Assembly: GCA_963643535.1 (NCBI GenBank)
Contig: CAVILU010000002.1
Span: 6,532-67,664 of the forward strand
From: a bacterium
Lineage (GTDB): Bacteria > Bacteroidota > Bacteroidia > Bacteroidales > Marinilabiliaceae
Length of the DNA: 61,133 bases
Direction of reading: 5' to 3'
In this document: in pieces, positions 18,018 to 28,832 of the stretch
Layout: the number at the start of each line of letters is the position of its first letter
How positions within the stretch are numbered: position 1 is the stretch's first letter
Notes under the pieces: generated by a model
What the model saw: the letters and a program-made list of their open reading frames with translations, nothing else
Database searches by the model: none
Told to the model about the DNA's origin: nothing
Translations under genes and position numbers: made by a program

Positions 18018-20477
18018 ATGGCCAATAAGAAGAAATACCAGCTGGTAATCGTCGAGTCCCCTACCAAAGCTAAGACCATCGAGAAGTTCCTCGGAGGCGA
18101 TTTCGTCGTGCGCTCTAGCCAAGGTCATATCCGCGACCTCAAGAAGAACAATTCGGGTGTGGATATCCAAAATGGCTTCTTGCCAGTCTACGTCATCCCC
18201 GACGACAAACAAGAGACGGTAGCCGAGCTCACCAAACTCGCTAAGGGCGCAGATCAAATCTGGCTCGCGAGTGATGAGGACCGCGAGGGAGAAGCCATCT
18301 CTTGGCACCTCGCCGTCGTTCTCAACCTCGACGTTAAAACCACCAAGCGAATAGTTTTCCACGAGATAACCAAGGGGGCTATCCTCAAGGCCATCGAGTC
18401 GCCCCGGCATATCAATATGGACCTTGTGGACGCTCAGCAGGCCCGCCGTGTCCTCGACCGCATCGTGGGCTTCGACCTCTCGTCGGTTCTCTGGCGTAAG
18501 GTCAAGAATGAGCTCTCCGCCGGCCGTGTCCAGTCCGTGGCCGTCCGCATCCTCGTGGATCGAGAGCGTGAGATTCTCGCTTTCTCTCCCAAATCTGGCT
18601 TCTCCGTCTCTGCCCTCTTCGGCCTCTCCGCCGATGGCAAGATGTATTCCTTCAAGGCCGACCTCAACACTAAGTTCGACGACATCGACCGTGCCGAGGC
18701 CTTCCTCCGACAGTGCGCTGGCGCAAAGTTCAGCGTATCCTCCGTCGAGAGCAAGAACCTTACAAGGCAACCCGCGCCGCCTTTCACTACCTCCACACTA
18801 CAGCAGGAGGCAAGTCGCAAACTCGGCCTCTCGCCACAGAACACCATGCGAATTGCGCAAGAGCTCTACGAGGCGGGTCTCATCACATATATGCGTACCG
18901 ACTCGGTAAACCTCTCCGACACGGCTCTCGAAGCCTCGCAGAAAGCCATCGAGTCCACCATGGGCGCACAGTACCACCAGCGCCGCCAGTTCCGCACAAA
19001 CACCAAGGGTGCCCAGGAAGCCCACGAGGCCATCCGCCCCACCGACATCTCGGTGCCGCAAATTCAGCCCGTCCCCGGCGCACGCGACGACGATGCCACA
19101 CGTCAGGTCAAGCTCTATCACCTCATCTGGCTTCGTACTGTTGCCTCCCAAATGGCTGATGCCCAAATTGAGCGCACCACCATTTTCGTCGACACCCCCG
19201 ACCCCAAGGCGCGCTTCTCCGCCTCCGCCAACGTCATCAAGTTCGACGGTTTCATGAAGCTCTATCTCGAAGGCTCAGATTCCGACGATCAGTCTGATGA
19301 CTCTGAGGCTCAGCTCCCAGGAGTAGTGGCAGGCCAAGGCCTCAACCTCCTCACACTCGACAGCCGCGAGCGTTGGAGCCAGAAACCCCCGCGCTACAAC
19401 GAGGCGGCCCTCGTCAAGAAACTCGAGGAGATGGGTATCGGCCGCCCATCTACCTACGCACCTACAATCTCCACCATCATGAACCGCGGCTACGTGGCCC
19501 GCGATTCCCGCGAGGGCTCGCCCCGCAAGTTCCGCACTCTCGAGCTGAAAGACGGCGACGTCGTCCGCTCCGAGGCTTCCGAGAATGTTGGAGCCGAGAA
19601 GAATAAGCTCTTCCCGACGGACATCGCCATGGTGGTCACCGACTTCCTCCAAAGCCACTTCTCCGAGGTCATGAGCTACGACTTCACTGCCAATGTCGAG
19701 ACTCAGTTCGACGAGATAGCTCTCGGCAAACTCAAGTGGCAGGATGTCATCCGTAAGTTCTACGAGCCTTTCCACCTTAAGATAGATGACACACTGGAGC
19801 ATGCCCAGCGTTCCTCTGGCGAGCGTGAACTCGGTGTCGATCCCAAGTCCGGCGAGAGGGTGTTTGTCCGCATCGGCCGCTTCGGACCTATGGCTCAGAT
19901 TGGTGAGACTGTCGAGGACGGGCCAAAGCCCCGTTTCGCTTCCCTCCGCAAAGATCAGCATCTCGAGACAATCACTCTCGATGAGGCTCTCAAGCTTTTC
20001 GACCTTCCCCGCAATCTCGGAACTTACGAGGACAAGGATGTTGTCATAGGCGTAGGCCGCTTCGGCCCATATATCCGCCACGACAGCAAGTTCACCTCCC
20101 TCAAGAAGGAGGACGACCCCTATACCATCGACCTCGAGACGGCTATAACGCGCATCGAGGACAAGCGAGAGGCCGACCGAAACAAGCTGATTAAGAAGTT
20201 CGACGAGAACCCCGATATCCAAATCCTCAACGGCCGCTGGGGGCCCTATATAGCCTACGGCAAGGCTAACGTCAAGATTCCGAAGGGAACAGACGCTGCC
20301 GCCCTCACCCTCGAGCAATGCCTCAAATTCTGTGAGGAGCAGGGTGCCGACCCCACAAAACGCGCCACAAGGACATCATCAAAAAAAACAACAGCGTCGC
20401 AAACGACTGAGAAACAGGCTGCTAAAAAGTCTACTACTAAATCGGATGCAATTAACGCAACACAAAAGAGTAAATAA
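18018..20477 (+). CDS. topA: DNA topoisomerase I
   Basis: TOPRIM (LVIVESPTKAKTI, LASDEDREGEAISWH), active-site region ITYMRTDS, and a basic C-terminal tail; 819 aa. Confidence 0.97.
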   Translation: MANKKKYQLVIVESPTKAKTIEKFLGGDFVVRSSQGHIRDLKKNNSGVDIQNGFLPVYVIPDDKQETVAELTKLAKGADQIWLASDEDREGEAISWHLAVVLNLDVKTTKRIVFHEITKGAILKAIESPRHINMDLVDAQQARRVLDRIVGFDLSSVLWRKVKNELSAGRVQSVAVRILVDREREILAFSPKSGFSVSALFGLSADGKMYSFKADLNTKFDDIDRAEAFLRQCAGAKFSVSSVESKNLTRQPAPPFTTSTLQQEASRKLGLSPQNTMRIAQELYEAGLITYMRTDSVNLSDTALEASQKAIESTMGAQYHQRRQFRTNTKGAQEAHEAIRPTDISVPQIQPVPGARDDDATRQVKLYHLIWLRTVASQMADAQIERTTIFVDTPDPKARFSASANVIKFDGFMKLYLEGSDSDDQSDDSEAQLPGVVAGQGLNLLTLDSRERWSQKPPRYNEAALVKKLEEMGIGRPSTYAPTISTIMNRGYVARDSREGSPRKFRTLELKDGDVVRSEASENVGAEKNKLFPTDIAMVVTDFLQSHFSEVMSYDFTANVETQFDEIALGKLKWQDVIRKFYEPFHLKIDDTLEHAQRSSGERELGVDPKSGERVFVRIGRFGPMAQIGETVEDGPKPRFASLRKDQHLETITLDEALKLFDLPRNLGTYEDKDVVIGVGRFGPYIRHDSKFTSLKKEDDPYTIDLETAITRIEDKREADRNKLIKKFDENPDIQILNGRWGPYIAYGKANVKIPKGTDAAALTLEQCLKFCEEQGADPTKRATRTSSKKTTASQTTEKQAAKKSTTKSDAINATQKSK

Positions 20478-20636
20478 TCGTATCAGTGGACGTAATATAA
20501 TGCTTCGATGAGCGTTTTATATTTAAGTACTATGAACATCATCGGCGGTTATATTCAGGCAGTCAATGAAAAAATACTCAATTTTGACGCTTATCCACTT
20601 GTCAACCAATCTGATAAGAGTATCGATAACGTCGCT

Positions 20637-21617
20637 ATGTCGAGATTTTTTCCAATAAAGTGTTTATTATCGGCATTTTTTGCCTTAATTTGCGCTTTGT
20701 ACTGCACTTCGGCGCGTGCTCAGAATGAGCCCCAGTTCTCTGGTGCCTTCCTGATGCCTACCGTCGTCAACCCTGGTGCCGCCGGCCGCTCTGGTATGGT
20801 GGATGTTTCGGCGGCCTTCCGCCAGCAATGGGTTGGCTTCGATGACGCTCCAAGGCAGTTCATGATAGCGGCCGATGCCGAGCTCAAGTTCTTCAAGAAT
20901 TTCCACGGCGTAGGTGTTATGGCTCTCCAGGATAAGGTTGGCCCCGTGACGGCTCTCCAACTCTCTGCCTCCTACTGCTATCACATCTACCTCGACAAAG
21001 GTCTCCTCGGCCTCGGCTTGAGGCTTGGCGCTTATAACGCTAAGTTCGAGACCTCCGATCTCTCGACGTCAGCCTCCACGTTGCCCGACGGCTATCACCA
21101 GGAGTCTGACGAGGTCCTTTCGGGCGCAGATGACAGTCAGACGGCTTTCGACCCCGGCTTCGGTGCTTTCTACCAATCCGACGCTTCGTTCCTGAGCCTC
21201 TCCATCCTCCACCTCACAGCTCCGACGCTTGAGCTCAAGAGCGGTGGCGAGTTCAACATCAGGCCGGTGCTCCACTTTGGGGCGGGTCACCTCTTCGGTC
21301 GCGACATCCGCGTCAGGAGCGTTGAGCCAAGGCTTGCGCTGAAGACCGACTTCGCTTCGTGGCAGATGGAACTCTGGCTCAATGCGAATTTCAACCCGCG
21401 CTTCTGGTTCGGACTCGGTGCCCGACTTCAGGACGCTCTGCTGGCCTCCACGGGCGTCCGACTCAAAAACGGTCTCGACATCTCGTATGCCTACGACTTG
21501 AGCCTCTCAAAGCTCAAAAGATATAACACCGGCTCCCACGAGGTGGTCCTACGCTACTCAATCGACTTGAGCCGCGAAAAACCAACCAAACGATACAAGA
21601 GCGTTAGAATATTGTAA
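20637..21617 (+). CDS. porP: Type IX secretion system membrane protein PorP/SprF family
   Basis: Signal peptide then QFSGAFLMPTVVNPGAAG...AAFRQQWVGFDDAPRQ, typical of PorP/SprF. A beta-barrel-like C-terminus ends in an aromatic-rich segment. The start was chosen at MSRFFPIK. Confidence 0.8.
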   Translation: MSRFFPIKCLLSAFFALICALYCTSARAQNEPQFSGAFLMPTVVNPGAAGRSGMVDVSAAFRQQWVGFDDAPRQFMIAADAELKFFKNFHGVGVMALQDKVGPVTALQLSASYCYHIYLDKGLLGLGLRLGAYNAKFETSDLSTSASTLPDGYHQESDEVLSGADDSQTAFDPGFGAFYQSDASFLSLSILHLTAPTLELKSGGEFNIRPVLHFGAGHLFGRDIRVRSVEPRLALKTDFASWQMELWLNANFNPRFWFGLGARLQDALLASTGVRLKNGLDISYAYDLSLSKLKRYNTGSHEVVLRYSIDLSREKPTKRYKSVRIL

Positions 21618-21645
21618 CTAAAACAGGACACACACTGATTTATAT

Positions 21646-23004
21646 ATGAAGAGAGACGTAGCGTTTTATGCTGTGGCCATGATGCTTATCACCGGCTGTA
21701 GTGGAACAACCAACGGCGAACTTGTCGGCGTTGAGCGCGGCGCGCAGTTCTACGAGCCTGACCCTTATGGCATGGTTTTCGTGCCCCAAGGTAGCTTCAA
21801 CATGGGACAGAACGAGCAGGATGTTGCTGCCCTTACAAACGCACTTACAAAGACCGTCTCTGTCAGCTCCTTCTGGATGGATGAGACAGAGATCACCAAT
21901 TCTGAGTACCGCCAGTTCGTAAACTGGGTCCGCGACTCTATCGCCCGTAAAACACTCGCCGCTGAGAACGACGAATTCTTCCTCCCCAACCAGGATGATG
22001 TTGAGGATGAAGAGGATAAACTTCTCGATTGGGACCAGGAACTCGATTGGGCTGACGAGAATTATTCAGAAACCCTCAAGTCTCTCTATTACGATAAGAC
22101 TGAGCGCTTCTCGCGTGAGTCACGTCGCCTCGATAACCGTAAGTGGATCTACCAGTACTGCTGGGTAGATATGCAGGAGGCCGCTAAGCTCGAGAATCGT
22201 TACAAGACTGACGTGGACGAGAACGGCACCGTCACCATTCGCTACGAGGGCACTGTCCGCGACGCAAACGGTGAGCTGCAGGATCTCGCTCAGGTAGGCC
22301 GTATGGGCTTCCTCAAGAAGGATTATGTTCCTGTCTACCCCGACACCCTCGTTTGGATTGCCGACTTCACATATTCTTACAACGAGCCTATGGCTCGCAC
22401 ATATTTCTGGCATCCTGGCTATGATACGTATCCTGTCGTAGGTGTCAACTGGAAGCAGGCCTCTGCTTTCTGCGTATGGCGCTCTAACCTCCTCAACGAC
22501 TACCTCAACAAGGAGGGTCAGCCTATGGCAATGGACTACCGCCTCCCGACCGAGGCCGAGTGGGAGTACGCTTCCCGTGGTGGCATGGAAGGTGCCATCT
22601 ACCCTTGGGGTGGTTACTACACCCGCAACAATCGTGGTTGCTTCGTAGCTAACTTCAAGCCCCTCCGCGGCCGCTACACCGACGACGGCTCGCTCCGCAC
22701 TTCGTCTGTCTCCAGCTACGCTCCCAACGACTACGGTTTGTACGATATGGGTGGCAACGTCTCCGAGTGGACCTCTTCCGCATACGATGAGTCTTCATAC
22801 GTGTATATGCACGATATGAACCCCGACTACAAGTACAATGCTTACGACGACGATCCTATCGTTATGAAGCGCAAGGTTGTCCGCGGCGGTTCTTGGAAGG
22901 ACATCGCTTACTACTGCCAGTGCGGCACACGCAACTATGAGTATCAGGATTCTGCTTGCTCGTTCATCGGTTTCCGTTGCGTACGCGACTACATCGGTGA
23001 GTAA
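21646..23004 (+). CDS. porK: T9SS lipoprotein PorK/GldK (FGE-sulfatase fold)
   Basis: Lipobox ITGC. FGE/SUMF1-type motifs (GSFNMG, VSSFWMDETEITNSEY, RLPTEAEWEYASRGG, GGNVSEWT, VRGGSW, GFRCV). Confidence 0.9.
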   Translation: MKRDVAFYAVAMMLITGCSGTTNGELVGVERGAQFYEPDPYGMVFVPQGSFNMGQNEQDVAALTNALTKTVSVSSFWMDETEITNSEYRQFVNWVRDSIARKTLAAENDEFFLPNQDDVEDEEDKLLDWDQELDWADENYSETLKSLYYDKTERFSRESRRLDNRKWIYQYCWVDMQEAAKLENRYKTDVDENGTVTIRYEGTVRDANGELQDLAQVGRMGFLKKDYVPVYPDTLVWIADFTYSYNEPMARTYFWHPGYDTYPVVGVNWKQASAFCVWRSNLLNDYLNKEGQPMAMDYRLPTEAEWEYASRGGMEGAIYPWGGYYTRNNRGCFVANFKPLRGRYTDDGSLRTSSVSSYAPNDYGLYDMGGNVSEWTSSAYDESSYVYMHDMNPDYKYNAYDDDPIVMKRKVVRGGSWKDIAYYCQCGTRNYEYQDSACSFIGFRCVRDYIGE

Positions 23005-23042
23005 TATAATCAGTAAAACTCTATACCCTAAATAAAGATCTT

Positions 23043-23858
23043 ATGACTCTTACAGAATTCGTCACTAGCCCCGCTTACAAAAAGTTCATGGGTTATGTCT
23101 ACGGCTTCGGTGCCGCTGTCGCAATCCTCGGTGCACTCTTCAAGATCCTCCACCTCCCCGGCGCAAGTATCATGCTTATCTGCGGTCTGGGTGTCGAGGC
23201 TATCATCTTCGCCCTCTCCTCCTTCGAGCCACCTCATGAGACCCCGGATTGGAGCCTCGTCTATCCCGAACTCGCAGGCCTTGAGGCTCCCGCTGAGCGC
23301 CGTAGCAACAAGGGTAATGGTGGCGCAAGCTTCGCTGATGTTCCTGATGTCGATATGAGCAAGCTCTCCGACGGCCTCAAGAAGCTCACCTCAACCACCG
23401 AGAACCTCTCCGAGATTGCTGACGCAACTGTAGCGACCAAGTCATATCTCAATAACGTCAAGTCCGCTTCCGACTCTCTCAACCAGTTCTCTGCAGCTCA
23501 GAGCAGCGTTTCCGAGGCTGGCAACAAGCTCGCTGCCAAGATGGCCGAGGAGAGCGACAAGTTCTCTAACTCCTTCTCTAAGTTCAACAACGCTTTCGCA
23601 AGCCAGAGCGACGCAGCTTCTAAGCTCGGCGCTAACATGACCGAGATCAGCAAGGCTTACGAGAAGCAGCTCCAGGGCATCAACAGCCAGCTCGAGAGCA
23701 CTAAGAGCGTAGCAAACGGCCTCTCTTCCATCTCCTCTGAGATCCAGGCTTCCGCCGAGGGTGTCAAGGCTTACCGTCAGCAGATCGAGAGCCTCTCGAA
23801 GACTGTCAGCGAGCTCAACAACATCTATGGCAATATGCTTAGCGCTATCCGCCGTTAA
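23043..23858 (+). CDS. porL: T9SS motor component PorL/GldL
   Basis: Two N-terminal TM helices (GFGAAVAILGALFKILHLPGA, MLICGLGVEAIIFALSSFEPP), then a coiled-coil tail. Its position is between porK and porM. Confidence 0.85.
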   Translation: MTLTEFVTSPAYKKFMGYVYGFGAAVAILGALFKILHLPGASIMLICGLGVEAIIFALSSFEPPHETPDWSLVYPELAGLEAPAERRSNKGNGGASFADVPDVDMSKLSDGLKKLTSTTENLSEIADATVATKSYLNNVKSASDSLNQFSAAQSSVSEAGNKLAAKMAEESDKFSNSFSKFNNAFASQSDAASKLGANMTEISKAYEKQLQGINSQLESTKSVANGLSSISSEIQASAEGVKAYRQQIESLSKTVSELNNIYGNMLSAIRR

Positions 23859-23927
23859 GTTCTCTTTGCGCGGTGACGCAAAGACCGCGCGGAAATCATT
23901 TTCGTATAACGCTAAAAGCACTGTATA

Positions 23928-25514
23928 ATGAGTGGTGGTAACTGTCCGGAAACCCCTAGACAGAAAATGATCGGCATGATGTACCTCATGCTGACCGCCA
24001 TGCTCGCCCTCAACGTCTCTGGTGACCTCCTCAACGCCTTCACGCTCGTTGATCAGAGTATCCGTAACCAGAAGACCTCGACCGAGGAGAAGCTTGGCCT
24101 GTCTTACTACAATTTCAAAGCTAAAGAAGAGCAGAACCCTACCAGGGTTAAGCCCAAATATGACCTGGCGATGCAAGTCAAGGCTCAGTCCGACTCCGTC
24201 GTCAACCTCATCCAGAGTTATAAGAACCTCATCATCGTAACCGCCGACGGTCAGCTCAACAACGAGAAGTCCCCTGAGGACGGCCTCCTTGCCAAGAGCG
24301 ACCAGGATAAGGCCGCACAGGTTATGATGGTAGAGCAGGCCGGCGCCCGCGCAAAGGACCTCAAGGAGTGCCTCAACGCATACCGTGATGCTATGATCAA
24401 GGCTTGCCAGCCGGACTCTGGTCTTCCTCTCGATTCTATGCTCATCTCCTCCATCACCAAGATGATCAATACTGAGGATGGTGAGAACTCTGAGAGCCAC
24501 GAGCGTATCACTTGGGAGAGCCAGCAGTTCGAGCACCTCCCAATCGCTGCTACCCTCGGCCTCATGAGCGCAATCCAGAGCAATGTCCGTAACGTCGAGA
24601 CCGATGTCATCAACTACCTCTATAAGTCGATTGACGCCGCCTCCTTCAAGTTCAACGTCCTTGTGCCTCTCGTAATCCCTGAGTCGCAGTACGTCATCCA
24701 GGGTGGCACCTACAAGGCCGACATTATGCTCGCCGCTTACGACGACACCATGGAGCCTATCGTCTCTGTTGGTGGCAATACTCTCCCAACCGAGGGTGGT
24801 CGTGGTAAGTACTCCGCTGCAGCATCTTCTGTCGGTATGAAGTCTTACGACGCTAAGCTCCAGATCCCTGACCCTGTCACTGGTGCTCTCAAGGACTACA
24901 GCGTTACCGGTACCTATGAGGTCGGCGCTCCCAACCTTGTTGTCTCAGCAACCAAGATGAACGCTATGTACCGTGGCCTCCCCAACCCCATCGAGGTCTC
25001 TGTAGCAGGTGTTTCCCCTTCTGACCTTACTATTGGCTGCAATGGTGGTACTATGACTGGAAATGGCACCGATCGCGTCGTTAAGCCTGGTTCCGCCAGC
25101 ACTGTAACCATCTCGGTTTCTTCCCATGCTGATGGCAAGAATCAGAGCTTCGGCTCCAAGACTTTCCGTGTCTTCGATGTGCCTAACCCTGATATGCTTC
25201 TCAGTTGTATGACTAATGCAAGTGATACTAAGCAGAAGAAATCTGACGTCTTGAAGTCTACTGTTAAGGCGAACCTTAAGGACTTCCTTTTCGATGTAAA
25301 CTTCGAGGTTAAGTCGTTCGATGTCTCTTGTATCAGGAACGGTTCACTCCGTATCGAGTCTTGTAAGGACACAAATGGTAAGTTCTCAAAGCAGGCCGTA
25401 GACGTCATCAATGCTGTTCCAAAGGGCGGTAAGCTCTACATTGATGCGGTTAAGGTTGTTGGTCCTGACGGACGTGTACGTTCTGTAAATGGTTTCACAA
25501 TTACCGTGAACTAA
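23928..25514 (+). CDS. porM: T9SS component PorM/GldM
   Basis: N-terminal PRQKMIGMMYLMLTAMLALNVS motif and single TM, followed by a long periplasmic domain; 528 aa. Confidence 0.85.
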   Translation: MSGGNCPETPRQKMIGMMYLMLTAMLALNVSGDLLNAFTLVDQSIRNQKTSTEEKLGLSYYNFKAKEEQNPTRVKPKYDLAMQVKAQSDSVVNLIQSYKNLIIVTADGQLNNEKSPEDGLLAKSDQDKAAQVMMVEQAGARAKDLKECLNAYRDAMIKACQPDSGLPLDSMLISSITKMINTEDGENSESHERITWESQQFEHLPIAATLGLMSAIQSNVRNVETDVINYLYKSIDAASFKFNVLVPLVIPESQYVIQGGTYKADIMLAAYDDTMEPIVSVGGNTLPTEGGRGKYSAAASSVGMKSYDAKLQIPDPVTGALKDYSVTGTYEVGAPNLVVSATKMNAMYRGLPNPIEVSVAGVSPSDLTIGCNGGTMTGNGTDRVVKPGSASTVTISVSSHADGKNQSFGSKTFRVFDVPNPDMLLSCMTNASDTKQKKSDVLKSTVKANLKDFLFDVNFEVKSFDVSCIRNGSLRIESCKDTNGKFSKQAVDVINAVPKGGKLYIDAVKVVGPDGRVRSVNGFTITVN

Positions 25515-25532
25515 ATCTGTTAGTAAGATATT

Positions 25533-26447
25533 ATGAAGAAGTTGTTTTTGCTTCTGGCTATTATTTTCGCGTCACCTGTCTATGCGCAGGATGATTATGA
25601 CGAGGAAGAGGATGGCGAAGAGGTTATAGATGAGGACGAGTCTGGCGAAGAGGTCGTTGACGGCATTGTTAAGAAGCAGCACGTCAAGGAGAAGAAGCCC
25701 CTTATGCCCGCTTATGTTCGTGAGGCTAATGTCCTTTGGTCTAAAACCATTTGGAGGATTATCGATCTCCGCCAGAAGCAGAATCTCTACCTCTACTACC
25801 CGACTCAGGATATCGACGACCGCAAGTCTCTTGCGCGTGTCCTTTACGAGGGTGTCGAAAGTGGTGAACTCACTGGCTACAATCCTAATAGCGACCGTGA
25901 ATTCGAGACCAAGATGACTCCGCTGGAGATCTGTGAGAAGATTCTTCGTCTTGATGACACCGAAGCTACTGTAGACTCTGTCGTGACTGTTAACCCCGAG
26001 ACTGGTCAGGAAGAAGTTCATTATGCTACTCAGCTCAGCGCTTCTGGCTTCACTGCAATTAAGCAGATAAAAGTTAAGGAAGTCTGGTTCTTCGATAAGA
26101 AGTATGGCCGTATGAACGTCCAGATTATTGGTCTCTGCCCTATCGGTTACCGTACTATGGACGGTGGTGCAAAGTTCCCTATGGATTTGTTCTGGATCTA
26201 CTATCCTCAGGCTGCTGACCTTCTCGCTCATCAGGAGGCTTATTCTTACAAGAATGATGCTCAGCGAGTTTCTCTCCGCGATAAGCTCGAGACAAGGCAG
26301 TTCGATAGCTATATCTTCCGCGAGTCTAATGTCTACGACAACCGAGCCATTGTCTCTACCTATGCTAATGGCCTCGACCAGAACCTTGAGTCGCAGAACA
26401 TTCAGGCTGACATTTTCCAGCATGAGCACGATATGTGGCAGTTCTAA
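25533..26447 (+). CDS. porN: T9SS component PorN/GldN
   Basis: Signal peptide and an acidic N-terminal stretch. It is the last gene of the conserved porKLMN order; 304 aa. Confidence 0.8.
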   Translation: MKKLFLLLAIIFASPVYAQDDYDEEEDGEEVIDEDESGEEVVDGIVKKQHVKEKKPLMPAYVREANVLWSKTIWRIIDLRQKQNLYLYYPTQDIDDRKSLARVLYEGVESGELTGYNPNSDREFETKMTPLEICEKILRLDDTEATVDSVVTVNPETGQEEVHYATQLSASGFTAIKQIKVKEVWFFDKKYGRMNVQIIGLCPIGYRTMDGGAKFPMDLFWIYYPQAADLLAHQEAYSYKNDAQRVSLRDKLETRQFDSYIFRESNVYDNRAIVSTYANGLDQNLESQNIQADIFQHEHDMWQF

Positions 26448-26471
26448 TCTCCACTTCGCTTAAATGATACT

Positions 26472-26509
26472 GAGGGAAGCCCCGTCCGTGGTGGCTTCCC
26501 TCTTTTTTT
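26472..26509 (+). terminator. Rho-independent terminator after porN
   Basis: gagggaagcc-ccgtccgtggt-ggcttccctc followed by ttttttt. Confidence 0.8.
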
Positions 26510-26606
26510 GTATCCTTCGGATAATGTATGTGTGCTCCACCCAAACATTATACTCAAACCGACGTAAAAACGCCTCGACAGTAGACATAACTAACCTAAC
26601 TTATTT

Positions 26607-27662
26607 ATGCGTTTTTATAATCTCACCGGCAAGCCATTCTATGCCTTCGCTGTAGCGTCGCTTCTCACTGTACTTCCTTTTGCTTCTTCGTGCTCCGAGT
26701 CCGACGACCCTTCCTCTGAGGATGGCAACAAGTCAACGACACTATCCGAAGACACCGTCAAGACCAAGCAAGACGCCCTTGAAGCTCTCCGCGAGAACTC
26801 AATCGACCTGGCAGTAACAGGCGGCGCATATAATATCCAACCCACTACGGCCAGCATCACCGCCCGCTTCAACGACGACTCCAAGCGTCTCCATTCAGCC
26901 CAAATAGCGATAATCCTTACCGACAACCCTACCAAAGTCCTCGACTTCGGCAAAGGTTGCACTGAGATTTATATCTCCCCATCATCAATAGACGACGACG
27001 GCATTTGCATTGTCCACGCCTCCCATCTGATTTCCAACACAACGTACCGCTACCGCGCCTACTATCGTTATAATTCCGAAAAGTCTCAATTGGGTGAAAT
27101 AAAGACCCTTACTACCCCCGTGTCCGAATATTTCGAGGCGGAGGCTGTAGACCTCGGACTCTCCGTCCTCTGGGCATCCGCCAATCTTGGTGCTGAACGC
27201 CCATATCAGTCGGGACTCTACTATTTCTACGGTGAGCCAGACCGCAACGCCACTCTTGCCGATGTCAAAGACAAACTGCCGCAAAAAGACATTGCGGCTA
27301 CTGATCTAGACCCCGCATATGTAGAGCTCGGCGACGGGTGGTCCAGTCCCACGCAAAAACAAATCCTTGAGCTGATAAACAACTGCACGTGGATTAAGTC
27401 CTCTCTCAATGGCTACAACGGCTACGAGGTCCACGGCCAAGGTGACTACTCCGGCAACTACATCTTCATCCCCCTCGCAGGTTATTACAACATCAACGAC
27501 GTCCTGACCTCCTACGACAAAACCTTCAAACTCTGGGGCGGCCAAATATCATCCTCCTCAGACAGAGCCGTCTCCATTGAGCTAAACTCCGACGGCTCGC
27601 AAAGCTCTAGTCGCAGCAACACTTCCTGTAGGCTTCCCATTCGCCCTGTGAAGGCAAAATAG
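26607..27662 (+). CDS. Lipoprotein with Fn3-like middle region and DUF1566/FISUMP-like C-terminal domain (tentative)
   Basis: Lipobox ASSC. C-terminal pattern VDLGLSVLWASANLGA...GDGWSSPTQKQILELINNC...IFIPLAGYY...CRLPIRPVK resembles the Lcl/DUF1566-type fold. This is recalled from memory and was not searched. Confidence 0.5.
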   Translation: MRFYNLTGKPFYAFAVASLLTVLPFASSCSESDDPSSEDGNKSTTLSEDTVKTKQDALEALRENSIDLAVTGGAYNIQPTTASITARFNDDSKRLHSAQIAIILTDNPTKVLDFGKGCTEIYISPSSIDDDGICIVHASHLISNTTYRYRAYYRYNSEKSQLGEIKTLTTPVSEYFEAEAVDLGLSVLWASANLGAERPYQSGLYYFYGEPDRNATLADVKDKLPQKDIAATDLDPAYVELGDGWSSPTQKQILELINNCTWIKSSLNGYNGYEVHGQGDYSGNYIFIPLAGYYNINDVLTSYDKTFKLWGGQISSSSDRAVSIELNSDGSQSSSRSNTSCRLPIRPVKAK

Positions 27663-27758
27663 CGGCTCCCTTAATACTGCCGCAAAACATCTGCGTAAAC
27701 CGTGCGCACCCGGCCTTTTTGCAATATCTTTGTAAAAGGAAATCCAACACGCACACCT

Positions 27759-28832
27759 ATGAATACTTTTTGCGTCATCCTCGCTGGCGGCACAGGCACC
27801 CGTCTCTGGCCCCTCAGCCAGATTGCCAAGCCCAAGCAGTTCCTCGATCTCGCTGGGGTGGGGCGCACGATGCTTCAGCTCACCTACGACCGTTTCCGTG
27901 CCCTCTGCCCGCCCGAGAATTTCGTGGTGGTGACATTGGCCGAGTTCCACGACCTTGTCCGCGAGCAACTGCCGGAGGTCCCCGAAGCCAATATACTCTG
28001 TGAGCCTTTCAAGCGAAATACGGCGGCTGCCATTGCCTTCGCTTCGTCATACATCAAGCAGGTAGCCCCCGAGGCCACAATGGTTGTCTCCCCTTCCGAC
28101 CATATCATCCTCAACTCCGACGTCTTCGTGCAGTCTGTCAGCGAGGCCGTGACCTATGCTGAGAACCATGACGACATCGTGACCATCGGCATCAAGGCAT
28201 CCCGCCCCGACACCGCCTACGGTTACATCCAAGTGGGTGAGCCCGTCGAGAGTGGCAAGCAATGCTCAATCCACAATGTCAAGACATTCACCGAGAAGCC
28301 CAATGCCGAGATGGCGCAAGTCTTCTTCGATTGCGGTGATTTCTGCTGGAACTCTGGTGTGTTCGTGTGGAAACGCAGTGTCATCGAGGATTCACTGCGG
28401 AAATATATGAATTCCGTAATCGCCCCCTTCGATTCCCTCGACGCCATACCCTCAACGCATTGGACTCCCGCCGCCGTCCGCACTGTATATGAACAGTGTG
28501 AGACAATTTCGGTTGACTACGCCGTGCTCGAGAAGGCTCGGAATGTCGTTGTCTGCCAAACGGCCGCGCTCTGGAGCGATATCGGAGGCTGGAGTGCGCT
28601 CTACGAGCATAATGGCAAGGACGACCGAGGAAATGCCGTGGTCAGTGGCAACGCCCTCCTCAAAGATTCCAGCGGCTGCCTCGTACATGTTGATGGCAAA
28701 AATGTCTGTGTTGTCGAGGGTCTGCATGACTACATGGTCATCCAGCGCGGCGATGTCACTCTCGTCTGCCCGCGCGACCGTGGTGGCTTCATTTGGAGTT
28801 ATGCATCGGAAATCAGGGCCGAAAAAGATTAA
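27759..28832 (+). CDS. manC: Mannose-1-phosphate guanylyltransferase
   Basis: N-terminal ILAGGTGTRLWPLS...KPKQF, plus NTAAAIA and GYGYI motifs. The start was chosen at MNTFCVILAGG. Confidence 0.8.
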   Translation: MNTFCVILAGGTGTRLWPLSQIAKPKQFLDLAGVGRTMLQLTYDRFRALCPPENFVVVTLAEFHDLVREQLPEVPEANILCEPFKRNTAAAIAFASSYIKQVAPEATMVVSPSDHIILNSDVFVQSVSEAVTYAENHDDIVTIGIKASRPDTAYGYIQVGEPVESGKQCSIHNVKTFTEKPNAEMAQVFFDCGDFCWNSGVFVWKRSVIEDSLRKYMNSVIAPFDSLDAIPSTHWTPAAVRTVYEQCETISVDYAVLEKARNVVVCQTAALWSDIGGWSALYEHNGKDDRGNAVVSGNALLKDSSGCLVHVDGKNVCVVEGLHDYMVIQRGDVTLVCPRDRGGFIWSYASEIRAEKD

